A DNA stretch of 64,000 nt from positions 3,736 through 67,735 of the forward strand of contig JAWOKN010000056.1 in the NCBI GenBank assembly GCA_033854175.1, read 5' to 3'. The translations under genes were made by a program, and so were the position numbers. Below, one piece after another: positions 9,140-18,541 of the stretch (position 1 is its first letter; each line of letters opens with the position of its first letter). The stretch comes from Bacteroidota bacterium (GTDB lineage: Bacteria; Bacteroidota; Ignavibacteria; UBA10030; SZUA-254). Under the pieces are notes generated by a model. That model was not told the DNA's origin and made no database searches. It saw nothing but the letters and a program-made list of their open reading frames with translations.

Positions 9140-10125
9140 TTTTTCGTCTCATGTTGTTCCGGAACGGGATCTGACAGAAGCAGTTCCCTGACCGTAGGGC
9201 AGGAGAGAACCTCCGATCGGAGTTTGGCCAGAACCTCCGAGTTATACCAGATCTCCCTGAAATTATAATTATTCTCGCGGAGTTCGCCGCACGGGGTGCC
9301 GAGTGAGGCGCAGGGCTGGACCGAGCCTGTAGGCGAGATGAAGATAAAGCTCCTTCCGGCGAGGCACCAGTGGGTCCACTCGACGCGGACCTTATGATTC
9401 TCCTGTTCCCCGTTTCCCTCACCCGGTGCCGCAACATCATGGAGGCCGTATTTGATGCACTGGGGAGAAAAATACATCCCCTTCGGGCTCAGGCGTTTAA
9501 TCTGGGCGATCTTCGATATGAACTGGCCGATAAACTGGTCGGTATCGGCGTCCTGATCCTTCTCCGGAAGGAGGGCGGCGTCCCACGCCAGGTGGCAGTA
9601 GAGACCGTTTGCGGACTTCTGGAGTGCAAAGTCATGTTCAAAGGCCAGCTGGCGGGTATCGGGCTTATGGATACTGCTCCCGAGGTGGATTTCGTAGCCC
9701 GCCTTCTTGAGCCGCCGGATGCTGTTTTCCAGCGCCTGAAACTGCGTCGATTGCTTGAAACGGGTATCCATATCCTCGGTGATCGCGCCATCCAGGAGAA
9801 GGCGGAAAACCTTGGGGCCGAAGATGACATACTTCTCGATCATTTCGTCGGTCAGCTCCTGGGGTGCGACCTCGATAATCATCTTCAGGCCGAGGGCGAA
9901 CCCGTATTCGACAATCTGAAAAAGATCGGGGCGTTCGGCGACCTTTCTGCCGGTGAGGACGATAATCGGTTTTGCGATGCGGGCGATGCTGTCGATGATC
10001 AGGAGGCATTCATGGGTAGTAAGGACATCGGGCTCTCCGGGTGTTTTTTTCCTTGAAAGCTGCCAGACGATCATCCTGGGGAAAAAATCCTCTTCTTCGC
10101 GGTGGCTGTGTGCTGGACCCTGCAT
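9136..10125 (-). CDS. radical-SAM-fold / SPASM-like protein lacking the CX3CX2C cluster motif
   Basis: PIIVLTGRKVAERPDLFQIVEYGFALGLKMIIEV resembles the radical-SAM core (GGEPLLrpD...). The C-terminus CLAGRSFIFISPTGSVQPCASLGTPCGELRENNYNFREIWYNSEVLAKLRSEVLSCP resembles a SPASM/twitch domain. The N-terminus MQGPAHSHREEEDFFPRMIVWQLSRKKTPGE has no Cys where CX3CX2C is expected. No alternative frame supplies the motif. Confidence 0.5.
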   Translation of the reverse strand: MQGPAHSHREEEDFFPRMIVWQLSRKKTPGEPDVLTTHECLLIIDSIARIAKPIIVLTGRKVAERPDLFQIVEYGFALGLKMIIEVAPQELTDEMIEKYVIFGPKVFRLLLDGAITEDMDTRFKQSTQFQALENSIRRLKKAGYEIHLGSSIHKPDTRQLAFEHDFALQKSANGLYCHLAWDAALLPEKDQDADTDQFIGQFISKIAQIKRLSPKGMYFSPQCIKYGLHDVAAPGEGNGEQENHKVRVEWTHWCLAGRSFIFISPTGSVQPCASLGTPCGELRENNYNFREIWYNSEVLAKLRSEVLSCPTVRELLLSDPVPEQHETKK

Positions 10126-10146
10126 AAAAAATCTCCTAAGAACGAG

Positions 10147-10533
10147 TTATGATGAACGTGATCTGGAACGGCGTGAAGCATGATGAACCGCTTCGATAGT
10201 TTCGACGACAAGGGGAAAATAGCGTTCGAGGGCGCACTCCTCGTCCTCGCGCAGCTGGCAATGCCCCGAGGCGGACTGGAACGTGCATTCGGTGCAGACG
10301 ATCATATGCAGTTCGCGGAGATACCTCTCCATCGAATCCGCCTGCAGGTTTCCGACGATCTGGACGATGCGGGGAAGCTGGGTCTGGAGGGGGCAGTCGA
10401 ACTCGGCATCCAGCCGGCAGTTCCCGTGCCCGTCGCCGTCGAGGCAGACCCTGCAGACCTTCTCGCGGACGGCCTGCCAGTAGGCGTGTGCATCCTGGCG
10501 GGGGCGTTTTTCAGACCGCAATTTTCTTGCCAT
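10147..10533 (-). CDS. 8-Cys small protein, paralog A (uncharacterised family)
   Basis: C-x2-C-x-DGDG-x-G-x-C-RL ... E-x-CPL ... VC-x2-C-x-FQ ... C ... ECAL-x-RYFPLVVE. About 50% identical to the adjacent paralog B. Confidence 0.55.
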   Translation of the reverse strand: MARKLRSEKRPRQDAHAYWQAVREKVCRVCLDGDGHGNCRLDAEFDCPLQTQLPRIVQIVGNLQADSMERYLRELHMIVCTECTFQSASGHCQLREDEECALERYFPLVVETIEAVHHASRRSRSRSS

Positions 10534-10852
10534 TATTCTTCACCGTCTCGATAATTTCGACAACAAGGGGGAAGTAGCGGTCGAGGGCGCACTCCAGTTT
10601 ACTCCTCTTCCCGCAGAAAAGGTCGGGGGTCTGGAAATCGCAGTTTGCGCAGACAGTTTTCCTCAGGGCCGTGACATAGTCCCGGATATCGGGGGAATCG
10701 ACGGCAGTGACCGACTGGACAATCTCGGGTAAAAAGTGTTTCAGGGGACATTCCTCACCGGCGGGGAGGCGGCAAAGGCCCGTGCCGTCGCCGTCCACGC
10801 ACTTCCTGCAAATCCGGTTTTGGATCACCGGCCACAACTGATCGAGTTTCAT
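10511..10852 (-). CDS. 8-Cys small protein, paralog B (uncharacterised family)
   Basis: ATG 10852 (MKLDQLWPVIQNRICRKCVDGDGTGLCRL...) is preceded by AAAGGTGG. It has the same Cys spacing and the same ECALDRYFPLVVEIIE C-terminal motif as paralog A. Confidence 0.55.
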   Translation of the reverse strand: MKLDQLWPVIQNRICRKCVDGDGTGLCRLPAGEECPLKHFLPEIVQSVTAVDSPDIRDYVTALRKTVCANCDFQTPDLFCGKRSKLECALDRYFPLVVEIIETVKNNGKKIAV

Positions 10853-10901
10853 ACGCACCACCTTTCGCAAAAACGTGATATAAGAACAATAACAGTGTGA
10901 A

Positions 10902-11171
10902 TTATGATTGTACATCGTCAAAACGGGCCCTGATCTGATCGAGGACCTCAAACTTGCCCCGCAGGGTTTCCTTAGTCTTCTCGAGCAGTTCGATCGACTT
11001 CTTCTTATTAATGATCAGCTCATTGAGGATAGCCTTGACATCGGGGTAGGTGCAAGCGTCGCGATAAAAGGCATACTGGAGGATCGCCTCCTTTTCCGTC
11101 GTACTTGCAAATTCCAGGGCATTGCACAACTCCCTGCATGATTGAACACAGTTCGGTTTTGTTTGCGGCAT
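10902..11171 (-). CDS. small helical (ferritin-like/four-helix-bundle?) hypothetical protein
   Basis: ATG 11171 has GGAGG 7 nt upstream. MPQTKPNCVQSCRELCNALEFASTTEKEAILQYAFYRDA... Similarity to ferritin-like proteins is weak. Confidence 0.3.
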   Translation of the reverse strand: MPQTKPNCVQSCRELCNALEFASTTEKEAILQYAFYRDACTYPDVKAILNELIINKKKSIELLEKTKETLRGKFEVLDQIRARFDDVQS

Positions 11172-11181
11172 AGTGATCCTC

Positions 11182-11739
11182 CTAGACAATAGGTGTAGCT
11201 GCTTCGATAACGAGTTTTTCACCGCAGGAGAGGGCGCGCCGGTTGACGTCGAGGAGATGGTGATACCGTTCCGGCAGGACGCTCTCGAGCGCCTTCATCA
11301 CGGAAGAAAGCTGGACGACCTGGCAGACATTCAAAAACGCGCCAAGCATGACCATATTCTTCACCTTGAGGTTCTTCAGCTTAATAGCCTCCTTCTCGAT
11401 ATCAACCGGAAGGACGGTGATATCGGTGCGGGTGGGGGGGATGATGACATTGGAGCTGTCATAAATCAGGATGCCGTTCGGTTTGATGGCCTTCTCGAAC
11501 TTGTCCACGGACGGCTGGTTCATCGCGACGACGGCATCATAGCGGGTAACGATCGGTGAACTGATCTCCTGGTTCGAAATGATGACGATACAATTGGCTG
11601 TGCCGCCCCGCATCTCGGGGCCATACGACGGCATCCATGAGACATGTTTTCCTTCAATCATCCCTGCATAGGTGAGGGTCATCCCCATCGAGAGAACCCC
11701 CTGCCCGCCAAAACCTGAGAACAAAATCTCGTGTGTCAT
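11182..11739 (-). CDS. 2-oxoacid:ferredoxin oxidoreductase gamma subunit
   Basis: FSGFGGQGVLSMG... gamma-subunit signature (PorC/KorC/VorC family). Confidence 0.85.
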   Translation of the reverse strand: MTHEILFSGFGGQGVLSMGMTLTYAGMIEGKHVSWMPSYGPEMRGGTANCIVIISNQEISSPIVTRYDAVVAMNQPSVDKFEKAIKPNGILIYDSSNVIIPPTRTDITVLPVDIEKEAIKLKNLKVKNMVMLGAFLNVCQVVQLSSVMKALESVLPERYHHLLDVNRRALSCGEKLVIEAATPIV

Positions 11740-11790
11740 GTTCTGTTATCCTTTACGCTGTCAAAATGAATTACCCTGACCGATCGTTGC

Positions 11791-12576
11791 TTATTTATGT
11801 TCGACGACTTTTCCGTCAACCTTGAGATCCCCGAGAGGGAAAACCGGGAGCATATTCTGTTCAAGCCATTTATTCGCCTCGACGGGGGTCATCTTCCAGC
11901 CCGAGGGGCAATTCGAGACGACCTCGATGAGGCAATAGCCCTTCTTTTCCTTCTGTGCCTGGAGGGCCTTCGTGATGGATTTCTTCAGGTGCCGGATCGC
12001 ATTGGGTGTATGCACGGCCTGGCGGGTGACATAATAGGCGCCGGGGAGCATTGCGATAAGGTCTGTGACTTTTATCGGAAACCCGCAGTTGGCGACATCC
12101 CTCCCCTCGGGGGAGGTTGTGGTTTTCATGCCGAGGATAGTGGTGGGGGCCATCTGGCCTCCGGTCATGCCATAGATCGCGTTATTGATAAAAATCACGA
12201 GAATATTCTCGCCGCGGTTCGCTGCATGGATCGTCTCATTGGTGCCTATTGCCGCCAGGTCGCCGTCGCCCTGGTACGAGAAGACGATCTTATCGGGCCA
12301 CATCCGTTTAATGCCGGTGGCGACTGCGGAGGCGCGGCCGTGGGCCGCCTCCTGCATATCGACATCCAGGTAATGATAGGCGAAGACGGAGCACCCGACG
12401 GGAGCCACGCCGATCGTCTCGCTCTGGATGCCCATCTCCTGGACAACCTCCATCAGCACCTTATGGACGGCGCCGTGGCCGCAGCCCGGGCAATAGTGCA
12501 TCGGTGTATCGGTCAGAGTTGCCGGTTTCGACCAAACGATTTCCATACCTTCGATACTTGTCTGAACCTGGTTCAT
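11791..12576 (-). CDS. 2-oxoacid:ferredoxin oxidoreductase beta subunit (TPP-binding)
   Basis: YCPGCGHG and GDGD TPP-binding motifs. The likely start is MNQVQTS at 12576. Confidence 0.85.
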   Translation of the reverse strand: MNQVQTSIEGMEIVWSKPATLTDTPMHYCPGCGHGAVHKVLMEVVQEMGIQSETIGVAPVGCSVFAYHYLDVDMQEAAHGRASAVATGIKRMWPDKIVFSYQGDGDLAAIGTNETIHAANRGENILVIFINNAIYGMTGGQMAPTTILGMKTTTSPEGRDVANCGFPIKVTDLIAMLPGAYYVTRQAVHTPNAIRHLKKSITKALQAQKEKKGYCLIEVVSNCPSGWKMTPVEANKWLEQNMLPVFPLGDLKVDGKVVEHK

Positions 12577-12580
12577 CGCA

Positions 12581-13723
12581 TTATCTTTCAATGATTTCGG
12601 ATAATTCGGATTTCGCGCCCTCGCGCTGGTTTTCCCCCTTTGGAGCCGGTGACTGCGCGGCGGGTGTCTGGATGAGGTGAAGCATCTGCTCGAGGATCTC
12701 ATCCGGGGGAGGAATCATACCGCCCAGGCGTCCGTAAAAATTCACCGTAGTCTTACCTTCGACGGCCAGCCGGACATCCTCGACCATCTGTCCCGCATTG
12801 AGTTCAATAACCAGGATATTCCGCACCTTCGGAGCTAGTTCCCGGAGGATCTGGTAGGGATACGGAAACAGAGTAATCGGGCGGACGAGGCCGGCCTTGA
12901 TGCCGCGGTGGCGTGCCAGTTCGACGGCGCGGGCGCAGATCCTTGCGGCAAGTCCGTAGGCGACGAGGATCATATCGGCGTCGTCGCACGACGTAAGCTG
13001 ACAGCGGACCTCACTCTCGCGGACCTTCCGGTACTTCTCCTGGAGCTGTTTATTGATCCCCTCCATCTTTTCAGGCTGGATAAACAATGACGTGACGATA
13101 TTCCGTTCGCGGTCGGGGGTTTTGCCGGTGGTAGCCCACGGTTTATCGACCCTGTGCTTATTCGGGTCATACTCCCTGAAGGTGACAGCCTCCATCATCT
13201 GGCCGAGGGCACCGTCGGCGAGGATCATGACGGGATTGCGGTATTTGTCGGCGAGGTCGAAGCCGTCGAAGACAAAATCGGCCATCTCCTGGACGCTGTT
13301 GGGGGCAAGGACGATAAGGTGATAATCGCCGTGTCCGCCCCCCTTGGTCGCCTGGAAATAATCCCCCTGTGAGGGCTGGATCGTGCCGAGGCCCGGGCCG
13401 CCGCGGTTGACGTTGACCACGAGGCAGGGCAGCTGAGCCGATGCGATATAGGAAAGGCCCTCCTGCATGAGGCTGATACCGGGGCTTGAGGACGAGGTCA
13501 TTGCCCGTTTGCCTGCGCCTGCGGCGCCGTAGACCATATTGATGGCCGCAAGCTCGCTTTCCGACTGCATGACGACCATACCCCGTTTCCTCCCCTCCTC
13601 GGCCAGATACTCGATGACCTCAGACTGGGGGGTAATGGGATAACCGAAATACCCGTCGCAACCCGCCCGGATGGCGGCTTCCGCGAGGGCTTCGTTGCCC
13701 TTCATCAATTTCGCTTCGCTCAT
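12581..13723 (-). CDS. 2-oxoacid:ferredoxin oxidoreductase alpha subunit
   Basis: GYPITPQSEVIEYLAE...SESELAAINMVYGAAGAG alpha-subunit motifs. Confidence 0.85.
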   Translation of the reverse strand: MSEAKLMKGNEALAEAAIRAGCDGYFGYPITPQSEVIEYLAEEGRKRGMVVMQSESELAAINMVYGAAGAGKRAMTSSSSPGISLMQEGLSYIASAQLPCLVVNVNRGGPGLGTIQPSQGDYFQATKGGGHGDYHLIVLAPNSVQEMADFVFDGFDLADKYRNPVMILADGALGQMMEAVTFREYDPNKHRVDKPWATTGKTPDRERNIVTSLFIQPEKMEGINKQLQEKYRKVRESEVRCQLTSCDDADMILVAYGLAARICARAVELARHRGIKAGLVRPITLFPYPYQILRELAPKVRNILVIELNAGQMVEDVRLAVEGKTTVNFYGRLGGMIPPPDEILEQMLHLIQTPAAQSPAPKGENQREGAKSELSEIIER

Positions 13724-14046
13724 ATATCTATTCCTCCTTGGGGTTGTTCATCGAGGACGACCCTGACATTGCTTTTCACGTTGGAGATAACGGCGACCGG
13801 TTCCTTCTTCGCGGCGCTCTTGCCGTCCTTGCGGGAGCGGTAGACGGTTATGACGGCATCGGGGCAGACAAGGGCGCAGTTGACGCAGCCGGTGCAGTTA
13901 TCCTGGACAAGCACGGCATAGTGATATCCTTTTGCGTTGATTTCCTTCGAAAGCGCCAGACTCTCCTGCGGGCACGAGTCGATACAGATCTCGCACCCCT
14001 TGCAGGTTTCCACCTGAATCTGGACAGTTCCATGGACTGTAGCCAT
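13720..14046 (-). CDS. 2-oxoacid:ferredoxin oxidoreductase delta subunit (2x[4Fe-4S] ferredoxin)
   Basis: CKGCEICIDSCP and CTGCVNCALVCP motifs. It overlaps the alpha subunit by 4 nt. Confidence 0.8.
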   Translation of the reverse strand: MATVHGTVQIQVETCKGCEICIDSCPQESLALSKEINAKGYHYAVLVQDNCTGCVNCALVCPDAVITVYRSRKDGKSAAKKEPVAVISNVKSNVRVVLDEQPQGGIDI

Positions 14047-14057
14047 AGGTACTCCTT

Positions 14058-14372
14058 TTAAGTTGAAAACAAAACCTGATTACTCCCGGCCGACATCGCG
14101 ATCTGCAATTCCTCTTCGATCCACGTTTCGAACTCATACACGCTCGGTATCCTGCCGGCGGACTTGAGTTTCTCATTGACAAGTATCGTCGGAACCACGA
14201 GGGCCCCCATCGAGGCGATTTGCTGGATATCATTGATCCACTGGACGCGCGGTTTGGTTTCAAAGCGCGAGACCGAGGCGGTGGCATTCGTGACGGCATG
14301 ACGGACCTTAGCCGTCGGCAGGCCGATGATTTTGATTCGAACGGGATTAGGTCGCGGTTTCATTGCTGTCAA
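14058..14372 (-). CDS. thioredoxin-fold (Thioredoxin_3/MTH895-like) protein lacking the CXXC active site
   Basis: [13 protein letters not shown]...[25 protein letters not shown] matches the small redox-active disulfide protein family. The expected CxxC is replaced by TAKV. It overlaps maeB by 4 nt. Confidence 0.5.
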   Translation of the reverse strand: MTAMKPRPNPVRIKIIGLPTAKVRHAVTNATASVSRFETKPRVQWINDIQQIASMGALVVPTILVNEKLKSAGRIPSVYEFETWIEEELQIAMSAGSNQVLFST

Positions 14373-16669
14373 TTCACTTTCACTGGTTCTCTCAGCACCT
14401 GTTTGACTGTTTGGCCGGTCTGTGACTGCTGGGCTTCATGGACGGCCATGGCGGTAATATTGACGATATCGCTCACATCGTTCCCCGGCACCAGGAGGTA
14501 GACCGGTTTCCGGATCCCCATAAGGATCGGGCCGATGGCGGTTGCGCCGCCAAGGCGCCAGAGAAGCTTATAGGAAACGTTGGCCGATGTGAGGTCCGGG
14601 AAGATCAGCACATTTGCGCGGGTTTTGAGCGTATTGAACGGGTAAAGCTCGTTGAGGATCTCCGGAACTGTCGCCGTATCGGCCATCATCTCGCCGTCGA
14701 TCGTGAGGTCGGGCGCCTGTCGTTTCACGATTGCGACAGCTCGTGCGACCTTCTCCGAAAGCGGGTGGCGGGTGCTGCCGAAATTCGAGAACGAGAGCAT
14801 GGCCAGCCGCGGTTCGATATCAAACCGTTTCACCCGTTCCGCGGTCAGCATGGCAATCTCGGCCAGTTCCTCGGCTGATGGTTCGATATTCACCGTGGCG
14901 TCGGCGATAAAGACGGTCTGGTTCTTGAAGACCATCATATAGAGGCCGGCGATCCTGTTGACGCCGTCCTTCTTTCCGATGATCTGAAGTGCCGGTCTCA
15001 CGGTTTCGGGGTACTGCTGGGTAAGGCCGGAGATGAGGCCGTCGGCGTCCCCCTGGCGGACCATGAGCATGCCGAAGATATTATGAGTTTTCAGATGGCG
15101 TTCCGCGTCGAACTTCGTCACGCCGTGGCGCTGCCGGATGTTATAGAACGTGGTAATATACTCATCGAGCTTCGCCGATTTCGAGGGATTGATAATCTCG
15201 ATCCCCTCGAGGTCGAGGCCCAGGTCGGCGATCCGCTGCTGGATCAGGGTGCGGCTCCCCAGGAGTATTGGACGTGCGATCTTTTCGTCGACGATGATAT
15301 GGGCGGCGCGGAGAATCTTCTCCTCCTCGCCCTCCGGGAAGACGATGCGTTTGGGTTCGCTCTGCGCCTTATGGATAAAGAAGCGCATAATCTCGCGCGA
15401 CTTGCCCAACCGAGCCTCGAGCGAATCGCGGTAGGCCTCGATATCCTTGATCGGATTGCGGGCGACGCCGGAATCCATGGCGGCCTTGGCGACGGCGACG
15501 GCTTCCCACAAAAGAACGCGCGGATCGAACGGTTTCGGGATGATATATTCCCGGCCGAACTCAATCCTCTTGGCGCCATAGGCCTTGATGACGGAGTCGG
15601 GGACATCCTCCTTGGTCAGGCGTGCGAGTGCATTGGAAGCTGCGACCTTCATCTCGTCGTTGATCGCCATTGCGCGCACATCGAGGGCGCCGCGGAAGAT
15701 AAAGGGGAATCCGAGGACATTATTCACCTGGTTCGGGTAATCGGACCGGCCGGTGGCCATAATGACATCATCGCGGGCTGCGACGGCGTCGTTATAGGTA
15801 ATCTCGGGATCGGGGTTGGCCATAGCGAAGACGATCGGTTTGTCGGCCATCGAGCGGAGCATCTCCTTCGAGACAATATCCTTGGCGGAGACGCCGCAGA
15901 AAACATCGGCCCCCTTCATGGCATCGGCGAGAGTCCGTTTATCGGTTACGGCGGCAAAATACTCCTTATAGGGGTTCATCCCCTCGGTTCTCCCCTTATA
16001 GACGACGCCCTTGGTATCGACGAGGGTAATATTCTCCCGTTTCACGCCGAGGCGTTCATAGAACTTCGCGCAGGCGATCCCGGCCGCGCCGGCGCCGCTG
16101 AAGACCACCCGGACCTCGCCGATCTTCTTCTTCACCAGTTCAAGGGCGTTCATCAGGGCGGCGCCGCTGATGATGGCGGTACCGTGCTGGTCGTCGTGGA
16201 AGACGGGGATATTCATCGTCTTCTTGAGCGTCTCCTCGATATAGAAGCACTCGGGGGCCTTGATATCCTCCAGGTTGATCCCGCCGAATGTGGGTTCAAG
16301 CATCTGGACGGTCTTGATGATGGCGTCGGGGTCGTGGGAATTCAGTTCGATATCGAACACGTCGACATCGGCGAAGCGTTTGAAGAGGACCCCTTTCCCC
16401 TCCATGACCGGTTTACCGGCCAGAGCGCCGATATCGCCGAGACCCAAGACGGCGGTGCCGTTACTGACGACGGCGACGAGGTTGCCTTTGGCGGTATAGC
16501 GGTAGACATCCTCGGGGTTGGCTTCAATTTCCTTGCACGGGTCGGCGACGCCTGGCGTATAGGCCAGGGAAAGGTCGCGCTGAGTGGCGCACGGCTTCGT
16601 GGAGATGACTTCAATCTTGCCATGACGGCCTTGCGAATGATAATCGAGGGCTTCCTGTTTGCGTACCAT
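14369..16669 (-). CDS. maeB: NADP-dependent malic enzyme (malic enzyme fused to PTA-like domain)
   Basis: N-terminal malic-enzyme domain ([24 protein letters not shown]) plus a C-terminal phosphotransacetylase-like domain. Length 766 aa. Confidence 0.9.
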   Translation of the reverse strand: MVRKQEALDYHSQGRHGKIEVISTKPCATQRDLSLAYTPGVADPCKEIEANPEDVYRYTAKGNLVAVVSNGTAVLGLGDIGALAGKPVMEGKGVLFKRFADVDVFDIELNSHDPDAIIKTVQMLEPTFGGINLEDIKAPECFYIEETLKKTMNIPVFHDDQHGTAIISGAALMNALELVKKKIGEVRVVFSGAGAAGIACAKFYERLGVKRENITLVDTKGVVYKGRTEGMNPYKEYFAAVTDKRTLADAMKGADVFCGVSAKDIVSKEMLRSMADKPIVFAMANPDPEITYNDAVAARDDVIMATGRSDYPNQVNNVLGFPFIFRGALDVRAMAINDEMKVAASNALARLTKEDVPDSVIKAYGAKRIEFGREYIIPKPFDPRVLLWEAVAVAKAAMDSGVARNPIKDIEAYRDSLEARLGKSREIMRFFIHKAQSEPKRIVFPEGEEEKILRAAHIIVDEKIARPILLGSRTLIQQRIADLGLDLEGIEIINPSKSAKLDEYITTFYNIRQRHGVTKFDAERHLKTHNIFGMLMVRQGDADGLISGLTQQYPETVRPALQIIGKKDGVNRIAGLYMMVFKNQTVFIADATVNIEPSAEELAEIAMLTAERVKRFDIEPRLAMLSFSNFGSTRHPLSEKVARAVAIVKRQAPDLTIDGEMMADTATVPEILNELYPFNTLKTRANVLIFPDLTSANVSYKLLWRLGGATAIGPILMGIRKPVYLLVPGNDVSDIVNITAMAVHEAQQSQTGQTVKQVLREPVKVN

Positions 16670-16727
16670 AATATTATCCCTTTCACATTGATACCTGACG
16701 AGCGGGGTATCAGATTTTTAGTCGAGT

Positions 16728-17156
16728 TTATCTACCGGGCACATCGCCGCCCTCATGCCTCAGGCGCCAGCAACCGACATCCGACGGTGGCGAGAGAAAC
16801 GGCCCGGTCAAATCAAGATGTTTGACGCTTCCCCAGGAGGGAAGAATGTCGTGAGTTAAGAACTTTTTCGTATAATCGGCCAGATCGAGATCATCCTCGA
16901 CATCCTCATCCACGCAGACATAGACATCGACGATGCCGTGTGTTCCCTGAATGGAGCGCGGGCAGAGGGCATAGGCAATAAACCCCGTATCGCGCCATTC
17001 GTAGGCCTTCAGGATATGGTCGTAGGTATTCGGGAGTTCCAGCAGCATATCGATCTCTTTATGCAGCTCCAGTTCGAGGACAAATTTTTCACAATACTTG
17101 CACCGCTGTTCCGCAGTTTGCATATCCTCCTCCTCTATGATTGGACGCTTGACCAT
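16728..17156 (-). CDS. hypothetical protein
   Basis: 142-aa ORF co-oriented between the CoA-transferase gene and maeB. No recognisable motif. Confidence 0.3.
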   Translation of the reverse strand: MVKRPIIEEEDMQTAEQRCKYCEKFVLELELHKEIDMLLELPNTYDHILKAYEWRDTGFIAYALCPRSIQGTHGIVDVYVCVDEDVEDDLDLADYTKKFLTHDILPSWGSVKHLDLTGPFLSPPSDVGCWRLRHEGGDVPGR

Positions 17157-17159
17157 AGT

Positions 17160-18533
17160 TCAGGAATGAACTGCCGTAGTTAGGGTTTTACCATGCATCC
17201 GGCGGCCGGAGGCCGATGGACACAAAATCTTCTGCTGGCACGCATCGCGTTCGAGCCCCTCCTGGAACTTCGGGTGGGCGATATCGATCAGGGCGCGTGC
17301 GCGCTCGCGGACCGTTCTGCCGTAGAGATCGGCAACGCCGAACTCCGTGACGACAAAATGGACATCGCCGCGTGTGGTGGTAACGCCCGCACCTTCGGAG
17401 AGCGTGGCGACAATGCGCGAGCACTCCCCGTCCCTGGCGGTGGAGGGGAGGGCGATGATCGGTTTTCCACCCTTACTCTTCGCGGCGCCGCGGATAAAAT
17501 CGAGCTGACCGCCGAAACCGCTATAGAACCTCCGTCCGATCGAGTCCGCGCAGACCTGGCCGGTATAATCGACCTCGATTGCCGAATTGATCGCGACCAT
17601 ATTATCGTTCTTGGCGATAATAAACGGATCGTTCACATAATGCGAAGGATGGAATTCGATGAGCGGATTATTGTCGATAAAATTGAACAGCGGCCGGGTC
17701 GCAAGGACGAACGAGGCGATCATTTTCCCCGGATGGAGGGATTTCCTCTCGTTGGTGATCACGCCGTCGTCGACAAGCTTCATGACGCCGTCGGCGAACA
17801 TCTCGGTATGCATGCCGAGGTGTTTCTTCCCGTGGAGGTAATGGAGGACCGCGTCGGGGATAGCGCCGATGCCGAGCTGGAGAGTGGATCCGTCCTCGAT
17901 CAGTTCCGAGATATTCTTCCCGATCTTCTCAAAGACCTCGAGTTCGTCCTTCGAGATTTCCTTATTGACCTGGGGCAGCTCCTTCAGGGGGACATCGGTT
18001 TCGATGCAGTAGGTAAACTTATCGACATGAATAAAGCAATCCCCCAGTGTGCGGGGCATATTGGGATTCACCTGGGCGATGATGACCTTGGCGACCTCGG
18101 TCGCCGGTTTCGTGCACTCGACGCCGACGCCGAAGCTGCAGAAGCCGTGTTCGTCGGGCGGGGAGACATGAACGAGCGCGACATCGATCGGCAGGATACC
18201 GCGGTAAAAGAGATGGGGGATTTCAGAAAGAAAGATCGGAGTAAAATCGGCCTTCCCCTCGTTCACCGCCTGGCGGACATTCTTCCCCATAAAGAGAGCG
18301 TTATGCCTTATGTGCCCTTCCATCTCCGGATCGGAGTAGCGCGATTTGCCGACAGTCAGGAGATGGATCACCTCGACATCCTCCAGTTCGAAGGCCCTGT
18401 CGCACATTGCATCGACAAGGACAGCCGGGACGGCGCATCCCGGGTGAACATAGACGCGCTGACCCGACCCGATGATACTGACGGCCTCCTGGGGAGTCCG
18501 TAATTTCGATTTATACCGATCGATCCACACCAT
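17160..18533 (-). CDS. acetyl-CoA hydrolase/transferase family protein (succinyl-/butyryl-CoA:acetate CoA-transferase-like)
   Basis: Family-wide motifs are present throughout (e.g. GGQLDFIRGAA). The likely start is MVWIDRYKSKL at 18533. Confidence 0.8.
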   Translation of the reverse strand: MVWIDRYKSKLRTPQEAVSIIGSGQRVYVHPGCAVPAVLVDAMCDRAFELEDVEVIHLLTVGKSRYSDPEMEGHIRHNALFMGKNVRQAVNEGKADFTPIFLSEIPHLFYRGILPIDVALVHVSPPDEHGFCSFGVGVECTKPATEVAKVIIAQVNPNMPRTLGDCFIHVDKFTYCIETDVPLKELPQVNKEISKDELEVFEKIGKNISELIEDGSTLQLGIGAIPDAVLHYLHGKKHLGMHTEMFADGVMKLVDDGVITNERKSLHPGKMIASFVLATRPLFNFIDNNPLIEFHPSHYVNDPFIIAKNDNMVAINSAIEVDYTGQVCADSIGRRFYSGFGGQLDFIRGAAKSKGGKPIIALPSTARDGECSRIVATLSEGAGVTTTRGDVHFVVTEFGVADLYGRTVRERARALIDIAHPKFQEGLERDACQQKILCPSASGRRMHGKTLTTAVHS

Positions 18534-18541
18534 GCTGGTTA

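Noticed and set aside
15083-16825. 580-aa ORF on the plus strand
   Set aside because: It is antisense to the well-supported maeB gene. It is Gly/Asp/Ala-rich and low-complexity with no motifs. This is a typical shadow ORF in high-GC coding DNA. The same applies to 17193..18503, 22690..23637, 24120..25361, 26025..26753, 36375..37064, 42855..43652, 60143..61081, 61109..61840 and 62883..63746.
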